DNA from: a virus
Lineage: Duplodnaviria; Heunggongvirae; Uroviricota; Caudoviricetes
Length of the DNA: 64,000 nt
Reading direction: 5' to 3' (one strand)
IMG/VR virus record: IMGVR_UViG_3300005613_000043
Shown here: piece after piece, positions 20,641 to 30,226 of the stretch
How positions within the stretch are numbered: position 1 is the first letter of the stretch
How the letters are laid out: each line of letters opens with the position of its first letter
Position numbers and translations under genes: made by a program
Notes under the pieces: model-generated
The model's database searches: none
The model's input: the letters and a program-made list of their open reading frames with translations, nothing else
What the model was told of the DNA's origin: nothing

Positions 20641-20907
20641 CGCATCCCATCTTTGCTCGTTTTACTTCTTATTCAAAACTTTATCCCTCTCAAATTTTTC
20701 AAGAATAGCTTGCTCCACAAATGGGCTCATTGTAATGAATTGCTCTCTCTTTTGTTTTCTTAACTTTTCGTATGTTTCTGGAGTAAGGCAGAAATTTCTT
20801 GTTATTTTCTTTTTCATATACTTCTATCTGTTATTAGTTATTAAATCAATTTGTATTCTTGAACAAACAATTAAATTTATTTATACTACTTTATCAATAT
20901 TTAATCA

Positions 20908-21574
20908 GGTGATTTTAATTTCATATTGTTCAGTTAGCGATATTAAGAAAATTGTGTCATTTCCAGATAACATAACCGACCAAGCAATCTCGGATTTAAT
21001 CCCTCTATGTACCGCTGAACTCAATGCTGATATTAATATCTTAGTGGTCAGGGAACCAGTTGATTATATAGACGAAACACGGGACAATTACATTGACAGC
21101 TCAAACACAGACTATTACATCAAAGAATGGAAACATTATTATATTGGAGACTCCTCTAACAACGGAACGGTGGACACTTCTGATGTAACCGTAACAGCGG
21201 TTGACTCAGATGGAACTGAAACTGAACCTACCATTTCATCTATCACCCATGACGAAGGGAAAATCGTTATGGAAGAAGCTCCAGAAAGCGGGCTTGATTT
21301 ATACATCACATATTCTCGTGCTCCGATTGACGAATCTACACCCCATTCCTTGATTAAAATCGCTATGGCTCAGTTAGTCGGGGCATATTCTTTCCTAAGA
21401 GTAGACGCTAAACTAATCGAAAGATTTAGGATAGGGAAAGTATCGGTAGGCAAGCAATCAGGAGGGTTTGATAAATTATACAATGCATATAGGAGAACAA
21501 TTAATCGAATCCTTAAAGACACAATTGAAGCTGGTGAAGGGACAATAGTAATAACTAAGCGAGGCGAGGTCTAA
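20908..21574 (+). CDS. hypothetical structural (head-tail joining region) protein; start uncertain
   Basis: Track ORF 20600..21574 has a low-complexity N-terminus overlapping the minus-strand gene; plausible GTG start at 20908 after AGGTGA. Confidence 0.35.
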
Positions 21575-21916
21575 TTGTCAAGATTTTCAATTAAATCTAT
21601 AATAGAGCAGGATGAAATAGGGGAAGATTTAACCTTAGTGGATGTAAGTAGGACTTACAACGACAGGGGAGATGCCATCGAAAATACAACTGACCTTACA
21701 ATTACAGGGTATGTTGATGAATTGTCAGGGGATGAAGAGATAGTAACTGAAGGAATCCTAAAAAGAGGAGATATTATCGTTTATATAGATGAAGATGAAA
21801 ATAACGTTGCTTATTTGAAAAACGGCAATAGATTCGTTAGAAATTCTATTAATTACGAAATTAAAAATCCTATTCATAACCCAGGGCATTGGGAAATATA
21901 TGCTTCGAGGATTTAG
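21575..21916 (+). CDS. hypothetical protein
   Basis: ORF track; 1-nt gap after the preceding gene. Confidence 0.4.
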   Translation: MSRFSIKSIIEQDEIGEDLTLVDVSRTYNDRGDAIENTTDLTITGYVDELSGDEEIVTEGILKRGDIIVYIDEDENNVAYLKNGNRFVRNSINYEIKNPIHNPGHWEIYASRI

Positions 21917-22740
21917 TTTTTTTCCATTTCATTACGATATAATTGGTAAATTTCTTTTTGTTTTTCAATATTTTTTTCTTTCTTCGCATTAATTATTTGA
22001 AGTACCAAATCTGCTCGTTTTTGTTTTACAATTAATTTATTATAAAGTAAAATAAGAATTTGTTCAATTACTTTTTGGTTATTAACGCACCAACGATATA
22101 ATTTCCTATATTGTCTATGTTTTGGGTTCGGTTTAATTTTGAATATAGAACCCCACCTAAAAAAATTTTTGATTTCTTTTATTACTTGCTTATTTGTATT
22201 ACAAGCTGTAAGTTGTGATGAAAAATATGGCTTGCCCTTATACCATTTAGGAAATGATTTTATTACAGAAATACCTCCATCAGCATCAATAAAACCTGCA
22301 ATATAAAACAACTTAGGATTTAAAGGATTCATCTTCTTTAAGAAAGTGATACAAGAATCAGGACAGGGTTCTCTATTTGCTTTAGTTTGTTTATATAAGC
22401 TTCCCGGAGAAATATTATATTTATTCAGAATCTCTTTAATTGATATTCCAGAAAAATAATCATTTCGTAATTTTTTAATTATTTCTTTAGTCATATCTTT
22501 CCTTCTTCGCCTTGGAAGTAATTTTCTGCTTGTTACTGCTCCTATTTTATATTTTTTTCGAATATCTTTAATTTTCATTCCATTTTCAAAATCTGTTTTG
22601 ATATTATTCAAATCTTCTTTGGTTAATTCTGTCTTTTGAAATCTTCCCTTTCCGTCTCTTATGCTCATAATTAACCTAGACATTTTGAACTTATATAATT
22701 TGCTATCAGAATTAAAAAAAAAGAGAGAGAGAAAAAGCAA
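21913..22740 (-). CDS. free-standing LAGLIDADG homing endonuclease with N-terminal HTH repeats
   Basis: single motif KLFYIAGFIDADGGISV; two N-terminal HTH-like repeats (IKDIRKKYKIGAVTSRKL; ISIKEILNKYNISPGSLYK). Confidence 0.72.
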   Translation of the reverse strand: MLFLSLFFFNSDSKLYKFKMSRLIMSIRDGKGRFQKTELTKEDLNNIKTDFENGMKIKDIRKKYKIGAVTSRKLLPRRRRKDMTKEIIKKLRNDYFSGISIKEILNKYNISPGSLYKQTKANREPCPDSCITFLKKMNPLNPKLFYIAGFIDADGGISVIKSFPKWYKGKPYFSSQLTACNTNKQVIKEIKNFFRWGSIFKIKPNPKHRQYRKLYRWCVNNQKVIEQILILLYNKLIVKQKRADLVLQIINAKKEKNIEKQKEIYQLYRNEMEKN

Positions 22741-22743
22741 ATC

Positions 22744-22765
22744 CTTATAAGTTCAACCCTTATGT
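22744..22765 (+). repeat. 22-bp element cttataagttcaacccttatgt (copy 2)
   Basis: identical to 10091..10112; just downstream of the LAGLIDADG gene start and upstream of the tail-module run. Confidence 0.6.
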
Positions 22766-22844
22766 ATTTCTACCTGTAGCGTAGTTGGTTTATGCCAACC
22801 CTACATCTATAGTCTGAGATTATAGATAAGTTGCTGAGCAACAG

Positions 22845-23312
22845 GTGATTGAAATTTCAGAAACAGTTTTATATTCCTCGATATTTACTGCGAGTTGGAA
22901 TAACATCTATTCTATTCTTAAGACTATCAATGACCCAGAAGCAAGGGATAATGTCAAATGGATATTCTCAGCTTATCCAGATAAACTTTTTGATGATAAG
23001 GATGCTTACCCAATTATGGTAATCCATCCATTTGACATGAGCGGGTATGATGTTTGGACAATGGGAACAACCCCTGAGAAACAAACAACCCTCCCTGTTC
23101 AGATTGATATTTTCACTCTTAAGGCTCTCCAAATTGATGAAATCATGGATGATGTATTTAAAAAGTTTGAAGATAGCGAGGGCACTTTTCATACCTATAA
23201 GATGAAAAATATGGGAGTTCTACGTTCCAGTTATTCAAATTTCGAGAGAGGAGGAATGAAAGTTCACTTTAAGTCTATCTCTTATGGGTTTAAATTTAAC
23301 TTCAGTGTTTAG
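22845..23312 (+). CDS. hypothetical neck/tail-completion candidate (GTG start)
   Basis: ORF track; first gene of the tail-module run; TATA-like ttatagataag about 25 nt upstream. Confidence 0.35.
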   Translation: MIEISETVLYSSIFTASWNNIYSILKTINDPEARDNVKWIFSAYPDKLFDDKDAYPIMVIHPFDMSGYDVWTMGTTPEKQTTLPVQIDIFTLKALQIDEIMDDVFKKFEDSEGTFHTYKMKNMGVLRSSYSNFERGGMKVHFKSISYGFKFNFSV

Positions 23313-23313
23313 T

Positions 23314-23817
23314 ATGGTTCGAGGATTAGAAATTAAAATGGATACGAAAGGCTTAGTCGAACTAAGGGACACCTTAGGCAAATACGCAACTAAACTTCCT
23401 AAAGCTATGAATACCGATATTAAAACCATAGCTGAAGATTATGCTTTCGAGATGGCATTTGAATTAGGTGTTCAGCGATTAAGATGGAAAGGTAAATTAA
23501 TAAGCAGTTGTGTTGCAAAAGAAATAGAAAAAGATACTTATGCTATCGCAATACCAGAATATGGATTCTACCTCGATAGGCGAATATCCACCAAGCCAGT
23601 TCCATTATGGAAAGCTTCCAAAAAAACTGGGCAACAACTTGGTGATTGGGCTACTGACCCTAGCAAGATTGGACTTCCAAAAGATAGATTGCCAAGTCAT
23701 ATGGTAGTTCATAAACACCCTTGGATGAAACAATCATTTAGAAGGGCTAGAGCTAAAATAGAAAGAAGACTTGAAAGGGGAGAGTTTCATAAAACAATAG
23801 AAAGAAAAGGGAGGTAA
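23314..23817 (+). CDS. hypothetical structural protein
   Basis: ORF track (23284 start trimmed to the first ATG after the upstream stop). Confidence 0.35.
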   Translation: MVRGLEIKMDTKGLVELRDTLGKYATKLPKAMNTDIKTIAEDYAFEMAFELGVQRLRWKGKLISSCVAKEIEKDTYAIAIPEYGFYLDRRISTKPVPLWKASKKTGQQLGDWATDPSKIGLPKDRLPSHMVVHKHPWMKQSFRRARAKIERRLERGEFHKTIERKGR

Positions 23818-23821
23818 TTAA

Positions 23822-24199
23822 ATGAAATACAGATATTTAGGGAGAAGTGGAATTTTTATTGAAGGGAAGCATTATCATACTCATGATATTGTAGAAACGA
23901 ATAAAAAAATTGAAGATTTAGATGTAGACCCTTTGCTCTTTTCAGAAGTAAAAGGGATGAAAGAAAAGTTGAAACTACAGGGGCAGATTGGATTGATTAA
24001 AGAGGAATACGATAAATTAAAAATTCAAGCGAAAAAAGAAGTAGCAACATTAAAAAATGCTTTTGATGTTAGAATTTCTCATTTAGAAAACAAAATAAAA
24101 AAGAAACAAAGGATTTTCAGGGAGGTATATGAGCCTAAAATGAAGCCAGTAAAAAAGGAAAAGGTTGAAAAGAAAAAAATTAAGGAGGTTGGTAAATAA
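23822..24199 (+). CDS. Lys-rich coiled-coil protein
   Basis: ORF track; heptad-like KxxK pattern. Confidence 0.35.
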   Translation: MKYRYLGRSGIFIEGKHYHTHDIVETNKKIEDLDVDPLLFSEVKGMKEKLKLQGQIGLIKEEYDKLKIQAKKEVATLKNAFDVRISHLENKIKKKQRIFREVYEPKMKPVKKEKVEKKKIKEVGK

Positions 24200-24717
24200 T
24201 GGCACTAACAGATAGTTTAAGTGGTAAAGTAAAAGGAGAATTAGACATTGATTTGGTCAGGACAGGAGAAGGCGGACACACAGGAGTAGATAAATTGAAT
24301 AAGAAATTATCTTTGATACTAACAGACGGGTCAAGTTCAGACCAAGGGACTGGATTCTTTTCCGAGTCATTTTCAATGACAACAGGAGGAATTACAATTT
24401 CATTAGGAGAAGCAACCACGCCAATAGCAGGTGCTGACTGCAACCCTACAGAAGACCCAGACGGTAAGGATTTAAGAGCTATTTTAATTCACAACGAAGA
24501 CGATACAAATTATGTAACGGTAGGATTAGGAACAAACGCATTAACAGGATGGTTGGGAGGAACAACTCCAACAGTTAGAATAAATGCTGGAGGGTTTTTG
24601 CTTCAAACTTTTCCGTCAGACCAATGCACACTAGATGCAACAGGGGACGCTGATGAGATTAAAATCACAGCCGATACCGCAGCTTGCATATGCACGGTAG
24701 CGTATATTTTCGGATAG
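24199..24717 (+). CDS. tail structural protein (putative)
   Basis: Gly/Thr-rich 172-aa protein ahead of the tail tube/chaperone/TMP run. Confidence 0.4.
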   Translation: MALTDSLSGKVKGELDIDLVRTGEGGHTGVDKLNKKLSLILTDGSSSDQGTGFFSESFSMTTGGITISLGEATTPIAGADCNPTEDPDGKDLRAILIHNEDDTNYVTVGLGTNALTGWLGGTTPTVRINAGGFLLQTFPSDQCTLDATGDADEIKITADTAACICTVAYIFG

Positions 24718-24766
24718 GTTGAAACGAAATTTAAGTCGAAATGAGCTGGAAGCATATAAAATATAA

Positions 24767-25279
24767 ATGGAGGTAAAAAATATGACAACATGGTTTGCAC
24801 GAGAAACAGTATTGAGGCACGCTGCAGCTATAACAGTTAATACAACAGAAGCTTTAGACACTCAGGTAGCAGCAACAGCATTTGAAACAAACGCAAAGAA
24901 TGTAACAATAGTAGAACCTGAAGGAGCTATTGATAAAATAGACTTGTTAGGGGAAACAAGCGGATTCCAAAATGCAGAGTTGGACTTTAAGCCTTTCGGA
25001 TTAGCAAGCATATCTGGAACTTTAATCTTAAGGGGAGATGAAGTCTTAGAGGCAAGGGCATCTGGCTCAGGTTACGATTGGGGAACGCACACAAGACATC
25101 AAGCGGGGGATTCAACAGCAGGAAAGACAAGAGTCGCATCAGCGTTTTTAGTCAATCTTGACGATTCAACTGATGAAGTAAACATACTCTTGAACAATGC
25201 ATGGGTAACTAAAATGGGAGACAAGAGAATCAGTGGTGCGGACGGGCATTGGGAAATGGAAGGTTTAATCTGTAACTAG
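24767..25279 (+). CDS. major tail (tube) protein, putative
   Basis: 170 aa; SD GGAGGT; position two genes upstream of the chaperone pair and TMP. Confidence 0.42.
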   Translation: MEVKNMTTWFARETVLRHAAAITVNTTEALDTQVAATAFETNAKNVTIVEPEGAIDKIDLLGETSGFQNAELDFKPFGLASISGTLILRGDEVLEARASGSGYDWGTHTRHQAGDSTAGKTRVASAFLVNLDDSTDEVNILLNNAWVTKMGDKRISGADGHWEMEGLICN

Positions 25280-25428
25280 GATTTGCCTGTTTAAACTTCA
25301 ATGCGGTCTGTTTACCAAAGGATTATTTCGTTGAATATAAAGATTAGTGTAGCAATTAATGTATAGATAAGAATTAGAAATTGTTTTTTTTATTTTTTTT
25401 ATTTTTAAAAAAAAATGGAAGTGATTGA

Positions 25429-25704
25429 ATGGTGAAAATAAAAGAATTTGGAAACGAGAAAAGAGATTCGCTTACTATATCAGCAAATTCCTTTCCTTTT
25501 AAGCTTTGGAATGAATGGGATTCCGACTGTATTGAAACTTTCGGAAACTGCAGGTGGATGAAGATGTGGCATGACCACTTAGCTTCTAAACAGCTTGATG
25601 TTTTTAGGGTATTAATGGAACAGGTTGAAGAATTAAAATTTAGATTAGATAAACTTGAAGAGAAACCAGTCAAGAAACAAACCTTGACACTGGGAAAAGA
25701 ATAG
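25429..25704 (+). CDS. hypothetical protein
   Basis: ORF track. Confidence 0.35.
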   Translation: MVKIKEFGNEKRDSLTISANSFPFKLWNEWDSDCIETFGNCRWMKMWHDHLASKQLDVFRVLMEQVEELKFRLDKLEEKPVKKQTLTLGKE

Positions 25705-25707
25705 GAG

Positions 25708-26052
25708 GTGAAATTTTTGAAAGAAGTTAAATTTGAAGGTCTAAGCAAGAAGATTAAAACAATTGAAATAGATGGGGAAAATCTAAAGATAAAGCCTAAG
25801 AGAAAAGACGTTGAGATGTTTGCTACTTTAAGCAGGGAAAAGTTCAGTAAGGAAGATTCTGCAAACATTACTGAGATTATGATTAACATGGTATCGAGAG
25901 CGAATCCAGAAGCAAACAAGGAAGACATTGAGGCTTACGTGGTTGAACACTACGGGCAGTTAATCTTGAAACTTGCTACTATATTTAGGTTTGCAACAGA
26001 AGAAAAAGTCAAGAAAGAAGTGGATAAATTTCGGGAAAAAAAATCTGACTAA
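25708..26052 (+). CDS. tail assembly chaperone (G-like)
   Basis: small acidic protein immediately upstream of the TMP; overlapped by an ORF in another frame; A8 run at its 3' end. Confidence 0.5.
   Translation: MKFLKEVKFEGLSKKIKTIEIDGENLKIKPKRKDVEMFATLSREKFSKEDSANITEIMINMVSRANPEANKEDIEAYVVEHYGQLILKLATIFRFATEEKVKKEVDKFREKKSD
26036..26043 (+). promoter_or_regulatory. A8 slippery run at the 3' end of the tail chaperone gene (candidate +1 frameshift / transcriptional-slippage site)
   Basis: gggaaaaaaaatc; skipping one nucleotide (or losing one A) joins the 25708 frame to the 25973..26281 frame. Confidence 0.45.
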
Positions 26053-26281
26053 GGAGCAAAAACTTAGAAGATTCCGACTTAGAATGAAAAGAAAGGCGGC
26101 TAAAGCTGACCTTGAAAGGAATTTAATTAACGAAACCATCGCAATCGCTCAGGCGATGCATTGGAATTTAGAATATGTGCTTAACATGGGAATTGACGCT
26201 TACTTTTACGTAGCGGACTTTTTAGTAGAGCAGGCTAAAAGGTCTGAACCAAGCGGTCAATTACCGACTACATTAAGATGA
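26045..26281 (+). CDS. frameshift extension (GT-like) of the tail assembly chaperone
   Basis: ORF 25973..26281 overlaps the chaperone by 80 nt in the +1 frame; its N-terminal 24 aa are low-complexity. Confidence 0.4.
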   Translation: MTKEQKLRRFRLRMKRKAAKADLERNLINETIAIAQAMHWNLEYVLNMGIDAYFYVADFLVEQAKRSEPSGQLPTTLR

Positions 26282-26285
26282 GAAT

Positions 26286-28115
26286 ATGGAAGAAATAGCA
26301 GTTATGACAAGATTGATAGACGTAAATCTCAAAAGTGGTTTACAAGGTATTCAGAAAGTGGTAACGAGGACGCAGAGCATAATGGGTGGAATGACAGAAG
26401 TAACAAAAACACAAGGAAGAATGTGGGATATTGTAGCCAGTAAATTGGCACATCAATATGGTCTGAATATTGATATGGCTTATTCAGTTGCGAATCTCAA
26501 TGCTACGAAAAAAGAAACAGTTGATATTGTTTATGATACGCTTCGAAGTTTGCGAGATGAGACCAGAGCTAGGGGTGAACTATTAGGTTTATCAAAAGAA
26601 ACAATCGCAGGAATGACATCCCAATTTGACCTTACCAAAAAAGATATTGCTGGTTGGGGAAGTAGAGAGGAAATTATGAATAAGATGATGACAACACAGA
26701 AAAAAACTACAAAAGGTTCTCAGAAATTCCGAATGGAATTATTGTCTGTAATGTTTTTTGGTCAAGCTTTGAAACAAACATTTATGGGTTTGCTCAAGCC
26801 TGCTTTGGAAGTTACTGGTATTTTTGACTTATTGACTGCGACTTTAAAAGTCGTATTTTTACCTATAGCTATGGTACTATTAAAACTCCTGCTTCCAATT
26901 TTTAAATGGTTTATGAATCTATCAAAAGGAGTAAAATTATTTTTAGGGTCGCTTGCGGTTGCTGGAATTATTCTTGGAACAATTTTAATGTTAATAGGAA
27001 CTTTAGGATTAGGGTTAGCAGGGTTAGCAGCAGCATTTGGAAGTTTAGTGCTTTTCTTACCTGTGATTGGAAAATTAGCTTTAGTTTTCGCTGGTCTAAC
27101 TGCTGGAATAATGGCAACGGCAACTGCGGTCTCAGCTCAGGGTGGAGCGGTTTCAAGTTTGCGTGATATTTGGGAAATGCTTCTCTCAAAAATTAAAGGG
27201 ATTCCAATAATTGGCGAAATGGTGGAAGGAATTAGTTATCTAATTACCAGTTGGAGGGAGGGGACACTTTCTTTAGGGGATATCATTTCAGGGGTCTTAA
27301 AAGCAGTCGTTACTAAAATAAAAGAAATTCTTATTTCTGGATTTAAAATGGTTTTTGCATCTCTTAAAGACCTGCCAATAATTGGTAATGTGATTGAATT
27401 ATTTGAAAAAGTTTGGAATGCTATAACTGATTGGATACAAGAAGCGAGGCAAATTGATTCTATTCAAAGTGCATTTAATTTTATCTTAGAAACAATGGGT
27501 GTGCCATCAGGAATAATTACCTTTATCGATAAAGTATGGAATAAGTTAAGAGGATGGATTGACTTAGTTGGGAAAGGCAAATTATTTGATGCTTTTGCTG
27601 ATATTTTAGAAACTTTAGGAGTTCCGCCAGAAATAATCACTTTCTTAACGAAGTTATGGGATAATGTTACATCTTTTATACAGGAAGCAAAACAAATTGA
27701 TAGTTTGACCAAAGCACTTGATGCCATAATTCATGGAATTACTAAATTTGGAGAATGGGGATTTTATATAGCTGGTGAAATTGCTAAAGGGATTATAGAT
27801 GGGCTTAAAGAAAAATTAAAAGACAAAATAAGCATTAGACCGAGTATTTCCCCAAGTGCGGGGGCTATGATGGGAGGAGCAATGATGGGAGGTGGTATGA
27901 GAGATTTCATATGGAGACCAGGGTTTGCTCCAGTTCCATTTTCACCTTCAGATACTTTAGTTGGAACTAAAAGTGGAGGAGGAACTTCTACAGTTATCAA
28001 TGCCAATACTACTTTTAATATATCAGCCACCATATCTTCTGGTATGGATGTGGAAGAATTGGCTAATGATTTAAATGCTCGGTTTGAGGAAACTGTGAGA
28101 ACGCTTATCAGGTAA
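26286..28115 (+). CDS. tail tape measure protein
   Basis: 609 aa, alpha-helical with a central cluster of hydrophobic TM-like segments, G/M-rich C-terminal region; follows the chaperone pair. Confidence 0.62.
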   Translation: MEEIAVMTRLIDVNLKSGLQGIQKVVTRTQSIMGGMTEVTKTQGRMWDIVASKLAHQYGLNIDMAYSVANLNATKKETVDIVYDTLRSLRDETRARGELLGLSKETIAGMTSQFDLTKKDIAGWGSREEIMNKMMTTQKKTTKGSQKFRMELLSVMFFGQALKQTFMGLLKPALEVTGIFDLLTATLKVVFLPIAMVLLKLLLPIFKWFMNLSKGVKLFLGSLAVAGIILGTILMLIGTLGLGLAGLAAAFGSLVLFLPVIGKLALVFAGLTAGIMATATAVSAQGGAVSSLRDIWEMLLSKIKGIPIIGEMVEGISYLITSWREGTLSLGDIISGVLKAVVTKIKEILISGFKMVFASLKDLPIIGNVIELFEKVWNAITDWIQEARQIDSIQSAFNFILETMGVPSGIITFIDKVWNKLRGWIDLVGKGKLFDAFADILETLGVPPEIITFLTKLWDNVTSFIQEAKQIDSLTKALDAIIHGITKFGEWGFYIAGEIAKGIIDGLKEKLKDKISIRPSISPSAGAMMGGAMMGGGMRDFIWRPGFAPVPFSPSDTLVGTKSGGGTSTVINANTTFNISATISSGMDVEELANDLNARFEETVRTLIR

Positions 28116-28121
28116 TTAAAT

Positions 28122-28646
28122 ATGACACAAGCCGCAACTTTAACAAAAGGTTCTATTTCGGTAGAGATAGGTTCAGCTAAAATTGAGCATGACATACAGA
28201 ATACCCTTATTAAATTTGCTATTCCAGTCATAGACGACCAAGATACTACAGTTCCTACTGTTTTTGTCGAAGATATTAAACGATTCATCCAATTGATTAC
28301 AATCACTGGGTATTTATTAAGTGATTCAGCTTCGAGCGCACTTGCCAAAAAACAAGCATTAATCAGCCCATCTACTTTAGGCGCTACTCATCCATTAGCT
28401 GCAAGTTCGATAGGAGCGGTTTGGAAAAGCGGTTCTTTTACTCTTACTTGGCGGAGTGAAACATATACTGTTTATGTTGACAAGATTAAAATTACGGATG
28501 ACTCAGGAAGAAAAGACAAGACTGCTTATTGTACGGATTCACAATATACCACTCAAGGCACTTGTGAAGGTGCAGGAGAAGTTTGGTTTCCATTAGGGGT
28601 GGATAAATATCAAATAATAATTACTCTTACGGTGCAACCTTCATGA
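28122..28646 (+). CDS. distal tail protein candidate
   Basis: position immediately after the TMP. Confidence 0.3.
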   Translation: MTQAATLTKGSISVEIGSAKIEHDIQNTLIKFAIPVIDDQDTTVPTVFVEDIKRFIQLITITGYLLSDSASSALAKKQALISPSTLGATHPLAASSIGAVWKSGSFTLTWRSETYTVYVDKIKITDDSGRKDKTAYCTDSQYTTQGTCEGAGEVWFPLGVDKYQIIITLTVQPS

Positions 28647-28745
28647 TTAGGTAGATAATATGGAAAAGAAAAAAATAATTGTTGGAATTTTAGTATTGCT
28701 AATATCCGCTGGTTCGGTTTATATCACTATGTCCAATCAGGTTAA

Positions 28746-29570
28746 GTGGTTTTAATGGTAAGAAAAAAATGTAAGCAGTGTAAAGAAGAATTTAGTAGTT
28801 ATGGAAGTAGGAATAGGAAATTTTGTTCTCGGGAATGCTATAATAAGCATAGAAATGTTGGAAGAATAAAAAAGAAATGTAAAAAATGTGGAAAAGAATT
28901 CTATGTTAAGTATAGTAGGAAAGATAAAGCTAAGTTTTGTTCTCAAAATTGTTATAAGATTTATTGGAAAAAAGAAAAATATTGTAGACACTTTAAAAAA
29001 CACACTAAAGAGACTAAAAGAAACATACGTGTAGCTTTGAATAAATTATATCAATCTGGAAAGAAAGTTGCTTGGAACAAAGGTAAAAAGATGCCTTCTA
29101 TTACTGGAGAGAATAGTCATTTTTGGAAAGGTGGAAAAATAATTAAAAAATGTAAATATTGTAATCAAGAATTTAAGTCATTTCCTTCTGATAATCGTAT
29201 TTATTGTTCTTTAATATGTAATTGGAAAGGCATAGTAGGATTACGTGTTAGAGAAAAACATCATAATTGGAAACATAATAGAAAATTAAAAGAACATATT
29301 AGAGAAGGTTTTAAATATATAAATTGGAGAAATTCAATTTTTAAAAGAGATAATTACACATGCCAAGAATGTGGAATAAGAAGTGGAAACGGTAAAAAAG
29401 TTATTTTAAATGCTCATCATGTAAAACCATTTTATAAAATTATTGATGAAAACAATATATCTACCTTAGAAGAGGCAGATAAATGTAATGAGTTATGGGA
29501 TTTAAATAATGGTTTAACTTTATGTCAGCAATGTCATATTAAAACTGACAATTTTGGTGGTAATGCGTAA
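28746..29570 (+). CDS. HNH homing endonuclease with three zinc-finger repeats and NUMOD-like motifs
   Basis: three C-x2-C...FCS..C repeats; C-terminal LNAHHVKP...N...LTLCQQCH (H-N-H). Confidence 0.75.
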   Translation: MVLMVRKKCKQCKEEFSSYGSRNRKFCSRECYNKHRNVGRIKKKCKKCGKEFYVKYSRKDKAKFCSQNCYKIYWKKEKYCRHFKKHTKETKRNIRVALNKLYQSGKKVAWNKGKKMPSITGENSHFWKGGKIIKKCKYCNQEFKSFPSDNRIYCSLICNWKGIVGLRVREKHHNWKHNRKLKEHIREGFKYINWRNSIFKRDNYTCQECGIRSGNGKKVILNAHHVKPFYKIIDENNISTLEEADKCNELWDLNNGLTLCQQCHIKTDNFGGNA

Positions 29571-30226
29571 TGAAAACTAAAAATAAAATCATTGTTGGTT
29601 TTTTGGTAATAATTTTATCTACTACAGGATGGGTTTCCATTACTATGAATAATGTTAGGATAATAGTAAGAAAAGATGAGACAACTTTTAAAGTGCCACG
29701 TGAAGACATAACTTGGTTTTGGATGGTGAGTGGTCGTGAGCTTTATCCTAAACTCTTTGACGGCACAAGCCAGATGAATCGTAATCGTTCTGGAATCAAA
29801 GTAGAAACTTTCACTAATGGAATGGAAGTAACCATAATAAGAACCACTCCTTATATCCGTGGTCCAGTAATAATTGACACTTACAAATTCAGGGGGGATG
29901 TTAAAGATGTTGAATTATTTCCCATGTCGCATACAGTCGAAATATTCAACGCAAAGGGGAAGTTCTATCGTTATGAAGTCAGGGACTTAATTTATGACGG
30001 AGATACTTATAAACTAAACGGAGAGACTGAATTAACCTTTGGAAGAAACATGAAAGTAACTTTACATCCTAATTACAGATGGGCATGGATATATAAAACA
30101 AAATTAATTAAAGCACAATATAATATAAATAGTAATTATGAGAAATATAATTTAAGGTTGTTTGACCCAGCTTCAAATGTAGTTTCAGTAGATGAGAATG
30201 TGTTAATATCGCCAAGTGGTGTTTAA
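29570..30226 (+). CDS. membrane-anchored hypothetical protein
   Basis: N-terminal TM segment IIVGFLVIILSTTGWVSI. Confidence 0.35.
   Translation: MKTKNKIIVGFLVIILSTTGWVSITMNNVRIIVRKDETTFKVPREDITWFWMVSGRELYPKLFDGTSQMNRNRSGIKVETFTNGMEVTIIRTTPYIRGPVIIDTYKFRGDVKDVELFPMSHTVEIFNAKGKFYRYEVRDLIYDGDTYKLNGETELTFGRNMKVTLHPNYRWAWIYKTKLIKAQYNINSNYEKYNLRLFDPASNVVSVDENVLISPSGV

Noticed and set aside
20600-20907. Long N-terminal extension of ORF 20600..21574 (MLIFRTSYTIFFFIASHLCSFYF...)
   Set aside because: The translation is low-complexity, overlaps the minus-strand Sm-like gene and its promoter region, and lacks an RBS. A start near 20908 (GTG after AGGTGA) is more plausible.
25973-26044. Independent gene starting at ATG 25973 (MLLYLGLQQKKKSRKKWINFGKKN...)
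   Set aside because: The N-terminal 24 residues are low-complexity and lie wholly inside the chaperone gene. This is better explained as the out-of-frame part of a frameshift extension.
26036-26048. Conventional -1 programmed frameshift at the A-run of the tail chaperone
   Set aside because: A -1 shift reads aaa atc TGA and terminates at once. Only a +1 shift, or loss of one A, opens the 79-codon extension.
799-28348. Antisense ORFs inside large genes (799..1098, 12588..12878, 13608..13802, 13872..14261, 14901..15254, 26906..27166, 26968..27189, 27464..27727, 27764..28348)
   Set aside because: They are shadow ORFs within repetitive Thr/Gly/Ala-rich or hydrophobic coding regions, with low-complexity translations and no start context. 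The sense-strand genes have coherent domain content.
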